Assembly (NCBI RefSeq): GCF_009914755.1
Contig: NC_060932.1
Source: the human T2T-CHM13v2.0 reference genome, Homo sapiens
Length of the DNA stretch: 64,000 nucleotides
Strand: one strand, 5' to 3'
Numbering within the stretch: the first letter of the stretch is position 1; every line of letters starts with the position of its first letter. A program made the position numbers and the translations under genes. This document shows positions 23,537-36,674 of the stretch, piece by piece. The notes beneath the pieces are model-generated. The model worked only from the letters and a program-made list of their open reading frames with translations. It ran no database searches and had not been told where the DNA came from.

Positions 23537-26500
23537 TAATTTTAATATTCTTTTGTTTCCATGGTTACCTGACCTAAATTAGATAAATTGTAGGGCTTTA
23601 GCTTTCTTATTTTTGTCAAAAGTTGGTGTTGACATACATTCCCTCTAATTTGAACTGGTATTGTTTACGTTTGATACAACATTAAGGAATTTGATGATTT
23701 TCATTTCATGAAAATGACATTAAATGCAATAATTTTACTTATCATAAACATTTTGTACATCATTATTTTCTTTTGGATTAGTGTTGTCATACATGTAATT
23801 TATATCACATGTATAAACATTGAAAATCAACTAAAATGACATTTGTTCTACATTATAACTTGTGAGTTTCAAGAACTAGTATTAGTAGTTTTTTCCTTTC
23901 ATTATAGATTGTAAGATGTTGTGGTATCTTTGAGTGCCTTAGTTCTTCCTTCCTCCCAAAAGCCATTAATTTACAAATGCTTAAAGCCATCAGGTCAAAT
24001 ATTTCAAAGCCTTTAGATGATTTCTGTACTAGCTTTAGATGTCTGACGTTATGTAGGTTACCTGTGTTCTTGGCTAGGAAAACATTATTGATTCATTAAA
24101 TCATAAAGGTGGGAATAATAATCTTTTATTTATGATGTTGATTGGCTCCAAAATAGTCTTAAGGAAATAAATACTGGGTCTGTAGGGGAAAAGTAGACTT
24201 CATAGTTTAAAATCCCATTAACCTTTTCACCGCAGTTGAAATGCATCCAGCCTGATTTTCCTATCATTTTGGAATTTTTAAGGATTTTTACTTTCTTAAG
24301 TTACTGCCTAGAATCAACATTCGGTGAGATTTTGAAATGTCATAGATACTGTACAGGCCAAACCTTACTAATTTATTTTACTTAAAGTGATATTTTATAG
24401 AAAAATCATAAGTTATACAATGAGAACCCTTTAAGCCCTTAGCCTAAGCTTTCAGACTAAATGTGATTATAGAATAAGATGAAAGTTAACTTTGGTACAG
24501 AGCTTTTTATAGCCCCAAATTATATTTCCAGTTATTATATTCATTAGAATTTCTGCTAATAAACTCCCAACTTAAATAGAATTGGGCTCAAAGTTTTAAT
24601 AATGTATTCTCTTCCTTCTTTGTATTTATAGTTAGTTATTATGGGAATACAACATATCTTCTCTAAATTTGGAATTCATAAAGGATAACTTCCTTTAGCT
24701 CAATTACTTGTATTGCTTTTCCCTAGTAGCTGAAAAGTATTTAAGTTTGGTTTGGTCATGATTTTCATGTGTTTGAGGTTTTTGTTGTTGTTGTTTGGCT
24801 TTTTGGTTTTTGATTATTTAAAAATAAAGACATTAGCAATTATAGTTAGTATGATTAGGAAGAAATAGATTTTTCTTGTGGAAAGAATAGATAACAATTC
24901 TGGAATTTATTTTATCTCTATTGATGTGTAAACTAAATTCCTGTATTAACTTGGGTATATTTTGGTCCCAAAAGTAGTCACTGAGTTAAATGCATATGAC
25001 AAACAATTCATGGTAGCATACTGTCTCTTTTAGCTACTAAATTTATGGTTTCTATTTTTTGTTTTCTTGATTTCAATAAAGAATTGTCAGTTTTAGATGC
25101 TTATTAGAAATAATAAGAAATACTGGTAGGCATAGATAGAATTAGTGAAGTTTTAACCATTAGCAAAATCGTGCATTTCATGTACTGAGATAACAAGTAA
25201 TCAAAGACATGGGAAACTTACCTTGTGTTTTTTTTTGTTTTGTTTTGTTTTTTATGTAGTAATTTCATGGTTTCTAGCCATTTCCTCTTCTTAAGCTTTA
25301 CCTAGGGATATTCTCTACTTGGCTCTTCTTTTAGTATAGCATGTTTAATTGAGTTGACATTTTAGAACTGAAAATTTGAAATTCTGCATCCGAATTTCTC
25401 AGTTTTGACATGCACTTGCCTCTGGGTGATTATTTCTAGGTTGTTTCTACATGAAGATTGGTGATTGGGCAGAAGGTACCTACAGAAACCAGCATCTGGA
25501 TCGAGCTTCCAACACCACTCTACAAGCTACCACCATGGCGTAAACCTAACCATAGTCAGTGTTCCAAAAAGCCTGAATTTTGTTGAGAATGGTATGTTTA
25601 CTAAAGGATGGTTTGAGCCAGACAGAGCTAACATACTCATCTTGTTTGATCCTATGAAGTTCAGATTTGGAATAACCAACGATGGTTTTCATACTCCTTA
25701 AACCCCTTGCTCAAAGGAAATCTTCAGGCATGTAAGCAAACATGACAGGGTTCCGAATGGATCCCTGCTGGGAGGTTGGGAGTGGGCTAGAGCCTACAGA
25801 TTGTTCCAGGGAAGGAGCTAATACCCTCTCAGGTGAACTGGAGGGCTGAAGAAGATAGTGGGTTCATGAAGAGCATATTTAGTAGCTAATAACTTAAACT
25901 TGTTTTTGTCATTTGCATAGTTTTTTTTTTAAATTTGAACTGCTCTGTCCTAATACAATACGAAGAGATTTATTTTTTTCTTTGTGTAATTCCTTTCACT
26001 TTTCTTTAACCAAAACTATCCCAAGCTTACAGCAACAGCTAGGTACTCTTTTTATACTCAACTGTTTTTTGTTTTTTTTACATTGCCTTCTGCTTTTTAT
26101 CTTCCATCCCTCTTGGTCATGACCATTGGGCATACTCAATAACCAGAGTAGGTTTTGAGAGCTAGTAAAATGCTTTTTCACCAGACACCTTCGATCTTCT
26201 ATAGCTTGAAAGAAACACTCTATTCTAGGGACCTCCTTGACCATCTTTTACCTTCAACAACAGATTTGTTTCTATCCTTTCATACCTCCTGCTGACACTG
26301 CTAGTTCACCAGTGGAAACTTTTGCAGAGAAGCTCACTGAAAGTCTGCGGCCAGTCCAAGATAATCCCAGCCTTCCCTTTCAGGGGACTTCTTTTCAGGG
26401 GATCTTTCTGTAGATGCTTTCCTTATATACATTGATCAGATCACCCCGGCTCTGAGAGGTTCCCAGAGTTCTCAGAGCTTCTGTAGAGGTAGTACAGCAT

Positions 26501-28470
26501 TAAACAAATTGCCAGAGTTTGCAAGTCTTTTAAATGGAAATGGTGGTTGTAAGGATTGAGACTGTACATAAGTGTTCAGTATAAGCACTCAATAATTGGA
26601 AGTTGGTATGAGGCCCTATATACTTCCCACATCTCACCATGCAGTGGTATTGGCAGCCCCTTCCCTGCAAAGAGTGGGAGAAGTTGCCTAATCTTGCAGT
26701 ATTTTATACACCTTTAAATTGAACTTGAAATTTAGCAAGAAAGAAAACATTTATTGTAAGTCTGAGTCTTTGACTAATTATATCAGTGACTCTTAGCAAT
26801 CCTGTAAGAGATACTACCCTTATTTCACATATAAGGAAACCAAGGCCTAGAAAATAAATTGTGTACTTGATTAATGGAATGGAAAATAGCAACCTTAGAG
26901 AGGAGGTTATAATAGTGGTTAATCAACAGTCTATGTAGACTATGATTTCTAAGGCCTCTCTTGACGGAACTATGAGCCGCCAAAATGCCTTTTAAAGTTT
27001 CTCCTAGTTCTTAATGAAGATAGCATTACAAATTATAGTAGATAATACCCATTTGTGTTTTCTAATAATTTAATAAATATGAAGAAAATTAGCTTGGTTT
27101 TTATTTTCATATAAATGACAACTGTAGTTGAATATCAGTGCCATATAATTTCATATTTGCAGTTTATTTGGGTCAGATAAGGCAAAATGAAATTGATTTA
27201 TATTCACACAACTGCAGAAATAAGCCAATTAGCTCACTTGATTGGGTCATAATTATAATGAGGTCAAGGCCACAGGTTCTATGCATGTGCAGATCAGTAT
27301 CGTACGTAGAGTCCTTCCTGCTACAAACTGTCCCTGACCTTGTCAGTTATTAGTGAGTGTCTAGGATTTAGTTGAGAGAATGAATGGCACAGAAGAAAAC
27401 ATCTCCTTGTATAGAAAATTCAAAGGACATACTCTGATCAGTATGTTGACTTATTCTTGGAGCAATTTTGGCTCTTTATAAGATATTAACTACTGCCCAT
27501 AATTAGTTTTATTTGTTAAAATATTCAAACCTTAATTTGAATTCTTATACAGCAATGCCATTTCCAAACCTGTTGACTATTCCTGAATAAACGCAGTGCT
27601 TACCTATTTTATGGAGAAAACACCATCGTCAGATATAGTGGCCTCTGAAATTAACTCAGCATTTTATTGCAGTGCTAAGTGAAGATGTGCATAAGAATAT
27701 AGATATATTTAGCTTGTCACATTTAAGTTTAAAATGTGAAAATACAAGTGCTTTTTTTGCTTTGTGAGGCTCTGCAGTGCATCTGAACCTCGTAATTACC
27801 TAATCTGTCTTGATTAGAAGGAGCCCTTATGGAGTGAGACAGTGCACGGGCGATCATTTTTAAAACTTGTCCATGTACAGCTTCCAGTGGGAGATGTAAA
27901 AATTATTGTCAGCTTTCATTTTTCATTTTCTGTATACAACCAACAAGCTAGAAATAATGTGCTGGTTCAGAAGAATTAAAGGTCAGTTTTAAATGCCAGC
28001 ACCTATTGTTTACTGTAGAAAGTGAGGCTGGCAAACCATTTCAAACATTGTGAGCTACTTTAATTGCGAGGAAGGGGAGAGAGGGTCTTAACTGCACCAT
28101 CAAATTAGAGAAGCCATGATACCTACCTTTAATATTCACAAGGGGAGTCAGACTTGATTTTATAATACATTGTCATCTTATATGTATCATGATAGTCCCA
28201 GATACTTACGTGGCTTCTATAATCTGAGGGAGAGAGAATGAGTCCTCTTCATAGTTAGACCAACAAAGCACTGGCAGACAAAATTTTGTAACAAAGGTTT
28301 AGAAAACAATTTTGTTAAGCATTCCTTATTTAGGGCAACAGAGAAACATATCTTCAGCATTAACCAGAGCAGTATTTCAAGTAACAGTTTTCATACGTGA
28401 GATCTTACATGAACTGGAAGTTTTCAAAGAACCTGGTATATAGGGAAATGACATGCAAGCTCTTCTCAGA

Positions 28471-28500
28471 AGTAATACCAGGACCCCCGCAGGGGGCCAG
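28471..28500 (+). promoter_or_regulatory. Putative CTCF site between the convergent 3' ends
   Basis: CCCGCAGGGGGCCAG (28486-28500) resembles the CTCF core CCASYAGRKGGCRS; isolated GC patch in AT-rich DNA. Confidence 0.5.
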
Positions 28501-30199
28501 GGGGAGGCCAATGGCAGGGCTTCCCGCCTGTGCAGTCATTTGTATGTGTTTTATATATTGGAGTGTTTAAAATACTTATTAAAGTTGTACATCTTTTAAC
28601 AAACTTGAATGCTTACTAAAAATATTTCAACCTTCTAACAAAAGGTCTTCTAAGTAGAACTTAAACCTTTTTTAAATTTTAAAATTCTTTGAAGTTATTA
28701 TTGTAACCATTAGTTATAACAATCATTATGATTGTGGGAAAATCAGTGGTCACAGCAGTGCATCCAGTGGGTTTAAAATAATTACCTGATATAAGCCTGT
28801 TTTATTCTATTTGGACTTTCTAATTGTTTTTGTTCAGGACAATTGAGAGTTTGTTGACATTCTTTCAAGATTTGTTATAAACTATTAATTTCCTAGGCTA
28901 CTGCCTCATTGTGCACATTTTGCCGGCAAGATTGGAAGGAAATAATATTTTTTCAAGTGCTCACTGACCCAAAATGGAAATGGGAAACTACCCCAAATCT
29001 TTTAAAATGAAAAACCCTCAAGAGGAAAACATATCAGACCCAACCACTACTTAGGCAGGGCCAAAGATTAATGCAAATCACAGTCTTCCTTTTTCTTCTG
29101 CCACAAATGTCAGAAACGCTTGGCATCTGAGTGCATGGCATTTTTTCCCCTCTTTTCTGAACAGCTCAACTTGGAAAGGTCAACATATCCCTTTGGGAAA
29201 AATCTTTTCTTATAAATTGGAATGTTTGCACACATAACTGTAGGAAATGTTTAACATTTGCTTTGATGGGACAGCAATTTGTTCAATAGAGTGGAATTGT
29301 TCTCGTTTTTTTTTCATTTTCCTGCCTGTTTGTACACCATAGGCACTCAAATTACTGAAAGCAACTTCGAGGCACTTCTTTCTATGGGATCAGATCATCC
29401 TGTCCACAAAACCAGCCAATGCCTTGGGCTTCCAAAAGGCAAACATGTTCCATCTTTTATTTACTCCAAGGGACTCATTTGTGAGAGACTGTTCTGAATA
29501 AAAGCAGTAATTTTCCACAGACTATACAGCTGAAACCCTAAAGAAGCAGGAGAGGGAGGGTGAGGGGGTGTCCAGTGTCTCCAATGGGTTGTTTGAATCT
29601 TTTGGTTTATGTAAAGGAGGATATAGGACATTAAGACAATAAAACTATTTGCTATTGGTGATCAGCTACATCCAATCTGACAATTAATAAATATTTGTGG
29701 TTTGTGGAGAATTCTTTCTAACCAGAGCCTATCCTTTCCCTCCAACTTGAATTGATGGAGAACAATGCTGAGTTTGTGTAGTTATATTTGTTTCTATGGA
29801 AACAAGCAGATACTCAAAACAGGCTTATAATCTTTTTAAAGTAAAAATGCTTTTAGCAATGACTGCAAATAAGCACAAGGAGGGACTTTAAGGAAGATAC
29901 CAGTATCTAAGTATTGATCTGGGCTGGACTACAGGAAGGGACCTGAGTCAGCATGGCTCATTATTTCAGGACACTTCCGATTATTCAGAAATAGTTTCCC
30001 TTCCATTTCAAACAAATCCTTCTACTGCTGACTAGAGCTGCAAGACATGTAAATACAAATGTGTGTGCTTGAGACACGTGTGTATTCCAATAGGAATGTC
30101 CTATCAGAGACAAACCATCTCTCCTCACACACACATTCCCATGCCCTGGATCCTATCCCTTCTTTTCAAAGGCTCTCCTTCTTCAATTAATTTATAATT

Positions 30200-31680
30200 T
30201 TTTCTTATTTTTTCCCTGCTAAGTCGTTAATTTGTTTTTCTTCATTGGCCTAATAACAAAAGCATACAAACATGTTCTGTCTCTTCTCAATATTGAAAAA
30301 TTAACCTTTGACCTTATGTCTCCTTTTAACTACCACTCAATTTCCTATTCTCCTTAATTGTAAAACTTAATAAAACAAAAAAATTCAGCAGCACATATTT
30401 CACTTTCTCGCTTCCATTCACTCTTCAACCTGCTCCAATTGGCCTCCCATCCCCATTTCTCCAAGGAATGATGTTGACACAGTCATTAAGACCTTGCTGT
30501 CAAAGCCGGTGAATATGTAACTATTCTCATATTAATCTCTTGGTGGGACTTCAACACAATTGACTGCTCCATTCTTCTTGAATTACTCTCTTCTCTTGGT
30601 TTTTATACTACTAATCACCTAGTTTTGCTCCTACATTTTGGGCTGTCATTTCTCTGGCTGTTTTGTTGGTTCTTCATCCTCCACCTCTATCTAAATATAG
30701 AAGTACCTCAGAAATCCATTTTTGACCTTTTTTCCTTCTCTACACTCTTCCTGGATGACCTCACTTGTTCCCATGGTTTTAATTACCACACAAATGCCAG
30801 AAAGGTTCAATGTTATAAGTCTAGTCCTGACAGCTCCCTTGATTTTCACATTTATATATGCAGTTACTCTTGATATCTTCACATAGATGTTTTAATAGAC
30901 ATCTCAGTTTTATTTTTCCCAAACTTGTTTCTCTTGAACTCTTCCCATTCTGAGCAAATATGGCCGCCATTGATCCAATTGCTCAAGCCAAAAACCTGAG
31001 TCACCCTTATTTTTTTTCTTTTCCTTACTCCACATTTAATCCATCAGCAAATCACATTAGTTCTATCTTCAAGCTATATCTGTAATTTTTCAACTTAAAC
31101 TCTGTATCTACTTCCACCTCCAAATTGGCATCATCTCTCATCTGGACATTACAATAGACCCCTAAATGGCGTTCTTGAATAAACTGAAACCTCTACCATG
31201 GTTTGTGTGGCCCCATATGAAGCAGCTTCTTGTCTACTCCAACTTTCTCCTTCCTTCTCACTCTGCTCCAGCCACACTGACCTCCAGGATGCTCCTGTCA
31301 CACTCTGAGTCCTTTCTGTCTGACGGCCTTTGCATTTGTTCCTCTTGCAACAAGATTTTGTCCCATATTTTTGCATGATTGACTCTTTTTCATCCATTCC
31401 CACCAATGTTATTTCTTCAGAGATGTGTTCCTTACTTTCACCTCTGCCACACTTGGTCAAAATACCTTATTTCCTTTGAGGCATTTACCACTATCTGAAA
31501 CCATCTTTTGTTTATTTGATGGCATGTTGTGTCCCTCACAGACACAGAACATAAGCTTCCTGAGGACAGAAACCTTTTCTGTCTCCTTCACTTTTTAAGA
31601 CCCATCCTGGAAAGTGCCCAGTTAGCATCGGAGTACCTGGTAAATATTTGCTGGATTAATTAATTCATTCAACAGCAATT
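30200..31680. mobile_element. L2 LINE remnant
   Basis: Pyrimidine-rich L2 motifs (cccatggttttaattacc, ctcaagccaaaaacctg, cagccacactgacctcc, aagcttcctgaggacagaaac, taaatatttgctggattaat). Confidence 0.75.
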
Positions 31681-31749
31681 TTTAGACTTCCCACTATGTG
31701 CCAGGTGCTGTACTAAGTTATTGTTAAATTTTAATTTATTTGTAGAAAA

Positions 31750-32000
31750 TTAAAATATTTTAAAAATATTTTGTGGGTACCCAGTAGGTGTCTATATAGG
31801 GCTCATGAGCTATTTTGGTACAGGCATGCAATGTGTATGCAATAGTCACATCATGGAAGATGGGGTATCCATCCCCTCAAGCATCCTTTGTGTTGAAACG
31901 ATCCAATTATATTATTTTAATTATTTTAATATATGCAATTAAATTATTATTGATTATAGGTTCCCTGTTGTGCTATCAAATTCTAAGTCTTATTCTTTCA
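31750..32000 (-). mobile_element. L1MA 3' UTR fragment
   Basis: ttttgtgggtacccagtaggtgtctatatagg...atggggtatccatcccctcaagcat pattern. Confidence 0.75.
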
Positions 32001-32584
32001 TTTGTTCTAGGTTCTTGACATACAGCTGTGAACAAAACAGAACAAAGATCCCTGCCCTCATGGAGCTAATATCTCAGTGGGAAAGATGGGTAATAACCAA
32101 GGCATTGTAAGTAAAAGGGTGGTATATTTAAAGGTGTTAAGTGCTATGGAAGAAGAGTTTCTGGATGAGAACTTGGGGTATTATCCAGCCTCTTTATCCT
32201 CCCTTTGTGTGGCAAAGTAGAAAAGGCATTTGCTTTTGCAAACACTTGAAATCGTGGCTTCTGGAGATGAGCTCTGAGATCCTGAACATTTTTCCTCTTT
32301 GAGGCTTAGTTCCCTCAAAGATATGTGTAAAATACTAATCTCAAAATTTTGGTGTAAGCACTAGATGAACATAGATCAAATACCTTCTCATCCCTTCCCA
32401 GCCACCCACCCTCATCCTATCATTCTGGGGAAGGAAGCTATATGGCACTACCATATTCTCCCTCTCCTGAACACCTAGCATGCTTAGATCAACCCAATGT
32501 TCCTGAAAACACTCAAGATGTACTTACTGCATAAACATATGGACAAAATAGTGTATGGGCAATTTAAAAGTAAACAAATCTACT

Positions 32585-32816
32585 TTTATTCAGAAATGAT
32601 GCTTTTTAAGTAAGGGTAGGAAATCTTCATTTTCTTTAATAACTAACTCTTTTTCCCTCTTCCTAATTTAATTCAATTTTTACAGACCCCCTATTGATAA
32701 AGATGTAAGATCTGCTATTCATTGTCTTTCTTATACATAGAAGTAAAATCACAGAAATAATTATTATTTTATGGGAGGATAAAACATTTATTTAAATGGA
32801 AACACTAATCTTTATT
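32585..32816 (-). terminator. SYBU polyadenylation signals (AATAAA on - strand at 32811-32816, 32787-32792, 32585-32590)
   Basis: TTTATT on the + strand at these positions, 0.7-0.9 kb past the SYBU stop. Confidence 0.7.
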
Positions 32817-33490
32817 TTCATCATGCTGAAGTGTGTGGTTACAATTTCCAATAAAACACTATATATAATAAGCAAAATAAGTTAGTACATTGTAAACTTA
32901 TGCACAGTTTCATCAATTAACAGTTTAAGAACAAACAAGCCATTTAAGACTTTGGAGCTACATTTAGTAAAAAATTGCAAACACTCAAATCTTATCAACC
33001 CCAAGTAAGACAGTAAAGAGCTATTCAAGACTTCTTCAAACCAATTACACAAATACATGTTTATTTTTGGTTACAGTCCCCTGCTATGCACAAGACCATT
33101 GGAATGCTGGAACAATTACACATTTTAAAACGGCAAAAAGCAAAGCAAGGAGATAACATGCCAGCCTTAGAGAAGCTGTCTTGAAAGTGCAAACTGCGTT
33201 TTCTCTTCCTGAACCACTAGGATAAGAACGGGTACCTCAGACGACACGGCAGGGTCATGAGCATGCTTTCTATACCCCACTGGTGGGACATTTACTGGAA
33301 CCAGGTCTCCATGCCTTTGAAGATACCTCCGGTTTTAAACAGTGAACAGGCTTCAACTAAATATAGTGCAAATCAAATACCAAGGAGCAAAACGACAGAA
33401 TAGAGACTGTCACAGATGATTGACTTCCTGTTTCTCTACCTGGCACAACCCACATGGGACACATTGGCACACGGTAACAACAACTTCTAT

Positions 33491-34598
33491 TTAGGTTTTG
33501 ATACGGAAGGCGGTGCGGCGGAGCGAATGCAGGGCAACCACGCAACAGCCCCTGAGCAAGGCCCCGATGTTATACACAGGATCCGTTCCCCCTCTCTGAG
33601 TACTGAATGCCCACAGAACCGTGGGGACCACGGGGGCAGCCACAGCCAGGAGATCCACCAGGAAGCTGCTGCTCCAGTACTGCCTCACGACGCCCCCGCG
33701 AGCCAGTGGGATGACACCATCCAACCTCTCTTCCACGCAGGCTGCAAAATCCAGCTCTCTCATGAGGCGGTTTGCATGAACTTCTGCATCCACATTGGCG
33801 TAGGGGGTCTCCACGGGAGACAAAAGGATGGCTGAGTTTGGATTTCTTGGAGTTAAATCAACCACTAAGGCAGAGAGGGACTCTGGGAAGCTCTCCATCG
33901 AGTCTGGTTCAGACTCATCAGGGGACGCCAAGCTCGAGGGACAGGGGTCCTGGAGCTTCTGCAGCACACTCTGAATGAGCTCTGAGATGGCTGGGCTGTA
34001 GGGCACCACGTCGGTCTGAACGGCTCGCTCCACCACCACACTGCCCTCCTCCTGACCCATGACTATGGGCAGCAGCTCCAGGACGTTAGCCCCAGGGGTG
34101 GAATGCACAAGCTCCAGGTCACCAGATTCTGTGGTGGTGGCTGTCACTATCTCATCGAACAAATCTGTGCTGTTGGCTATGCTATCTCCTACCAGTAGCT
34201 CCCTGTCAGCCCCTTCCCCCGTGACCTGCTCTTCCAGAGATAACCCATCTGCCATTGTGTCAAGAGGGGGGTTGAGGGTTAAGCTCTTCTCTGGGGAATC
34301 ACATGGAAAGTCTAGGCACAGTTCGTCCCTCAGAGAGCCACTGTGTGCCATCTCCATGCTCTGAAGGAGAGACTCCAGCTTCTTGTTTTGGATGTTTATG
34401 TCCACAAAATATTTCTGAATGCCTTTATCTTTATCAGCCAAGCTGCTCCGCATGGTTTCGATGACCTGTTTGAGCTGTTTAATCTCTTTCCTGGCTTCTT
34501 TGAGTGCCAACTGGGCCTCTACCCGGTGACACTCCTCCTCAATCCAGTCCTCTCGCATGCGGGCCAGCTGGGACTTAAGCTCCACGATTTCACTTTCC
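33491..34598 (-). CDS. SYBU: SYBU (syntabulin) last coding exon: end of coiled coil, acidic region and C-terminal hydrophobic tail
   Basis: ORF-track 33491..34615 (ESEIVELKSQLARMREDWIEEECHRVEAQLALKEARKEI...LRRTAFRIKT), a syntaphilin/syntabulin-type coiled coil. Acceptor ggcactctag|G at 34599/34598. Confidence 0.97.
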
Positions 34599-34623
34599 CT
34601 AGAGTGCCAAGACAAGCATGGTT

Positions 34624-34627
<4 letters not shown>

Positions 34628-34655
<28 letters not shown>
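34628..34655. repeat. A28 run (T28 on the SYBU strand), just upstream of the last-exon acceptor
   Basis: Direct reading. Confidence 0.95.
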
Positions 34656-34656
<1 letters not shown>

Positions 34657-36452
34657 TTTCAACTGGGCAACAGGCAGTTCAGGCAGTTCTGGCACAGAGC
34701 CAAGAGCTCATACTCTTCCACTTGAAATACAGATGTGAAATCAGTTTTCAATGCAGGGAACTCAAGAGAACACAGAAAAACTTGAGAAAACACTCCAGCC
34801 TAAACTGAAAGAAGCAGTACATTTTCTCTTTGGCGGAGATTAGCTGTGAACTTTCTCTTTACTTGTAAAATGGCTAAAGTAATAATAGTAATCAGAATCA
34901 GAATCAAAATAGCTACCACAATTTTTTTTGAGTACTCATTATGGGTCGGATATTGCACTGTGTTACAAGTCTTATCTTCTACTCAATCCTTAATATTTGA
35001 AACTTTATTATTAGAACATCTTAGCATCTGTTAGCCTGTTTTTATCTCCATATCCTACCCTTTCCAAATGTCTATAGTTTGTGGAAGGCCAGTTCACTTT
35101 TAATTACCTAAGACAGAAGGTAGACTGATAAGTTTTAGCCTTGCTAAATTGTTCATATGGTATTCCAATGATAAACATTTTTGAAATAATAAAATGCTAC
35201 ACGTGGCAGGGACTTTACATGATGACAAGCTGCTTATTCTGTCTCCTCTCAGGTAGGATAATATTGAATTCATCCTACACTAAGGAGAATCTATCCTATT
35301 TTTCAGATCCTTCACAGGACAACCCTATTTCAAGATCTTTGTATATAAATTCTTTCTTATATATAATTTTTTCATATTCAGTCCTTACATTCTCAGTGGA
35401 TATGAAGATAGGGTAGTCAGGATCCTCATATATATGAAGAGACATCAATATTGCTCATTTAAGTTTAGGCTAGAATATTTTCCCAAGTTTTGCTGCATTC
35501 CCATTCCTTCCTCGAGTGCTCCAATCCTCCCATGGACTCTGCAAATCACAGACCAAACACTTCCAGACATAAGGTCTGACTCACCCCAGAGGGGAGTTTG
35601 GGTCTCAAGTCTATTTCAGACAGATGATGAGCCAGATTAATTCGGAAGATGAAAAATTTCCCTTCCTCGCAGTCTGCACCCTTACCTGCCCACAGTTTTA
35701 GCAACCAAGGTATTGAGTTTTCTTTATATCTTTGTGGCAGCAGAAGAGGAGGTTTGGGCTGATCAGGTAGCCCAGACTCTTAGAGAATGCACATGCCACC
35801 CTCACCCTGAGCTCACAGCTACCCTGGTCAGAGCTTTCCTGGTCTGTTCCAAAATGTTCCAGGGGAAAATGATCAAGCAGAAAAACTGGCCTGCTGCCCA
35901 GATGTCAAAAGTCTTCTCCCTCAGATAAGATCTCTTAAGCATGGGCTTTTTTTTTTTTTCAGCCTTAACACTTGGCCAAGAACAATGAGCCCCTTCCTTC
36001 GGCACAGAAATAGCATGCAGGAATCACAATGCACACAGATATCCATTCATGCACGGATATAAACACGGCTTAATTGGTCCACGGTTGTGACCCATTCTGC
36101 TGGAAGTATGGGATTGTTCCCGCACGTGTTTTTGCCATTTAAAAATAGTCATGCACACACCTGATTATTTCACATCAAAGCTGTATACACTGCAAAACAA
36201 CAACAACAAAAAACGACAACAACAACGAAAAACAAAGGTTCCCCTCTAACCTACGGGCCTCCCTGAACTCCTGAAACAGCCATATCACACAGAGTTATGA
36301 AATGACTCTTTTCAGAGGCTGACTTTAAAAATTTGACCAAAATTGAATACAATCATTTTTTCTTTTCTATCTTTCTATAGTTTGGGTTCATATTTCATTT
36401 TATGGAGAAAGAAGTTGTCCTACACCCCACCGTTCAAGGAAGGCAGATTCAC

Positions 36453-36602
36453 CTTTCATGGAGTCGGCGCTCAGATTCCTTCAGCTTGGTTTTGAGGTGT
36501 CTCACTGTCACCTCTTTCTGCTGCAGTGGAGTCAAATACTGCTCTGGGTTTGGGGGTCTGACACCATGATTTTCACCGCAAGACATGTACCTTCCAGAAC
36601 GC
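36453..36602 (-). CDS. SYBU: SYBU coding exon (RSGRYMSCGENHGVRPPNPEQYLTPLQQKEVTVRHLKTKLKESERRLHER)
   Basis: tgtttcag|G acceptor, AG|gtgaat donor. 150 nt, phase 2-2, with the EQYLTPLQQKEV motif shared with syntaphilin. Confidence 0.96.
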
Positions 36603-36674
36603 CTGAAACAATCCAAGTAATGAAATGTTACTTTTTGCCGTTTCCTTTTCTATAAAAAGAAGAGTAACACAGAG

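Noticed and set aside
34599-34615. Apparent N-terminus MSWHS of the 374-aa ORF
   Set aside because: Intronic read-through upstream of the AG acceptor; not a real start.
33357-34738. Overlapping and antisense ORFs (139, 68, 101 and 131 aa) across the SYBU last exon
   Set aside because: Expected shadow ORFs of a GC-rich coding exon; no recognisable protein, and one runs through a poly(A) tract.
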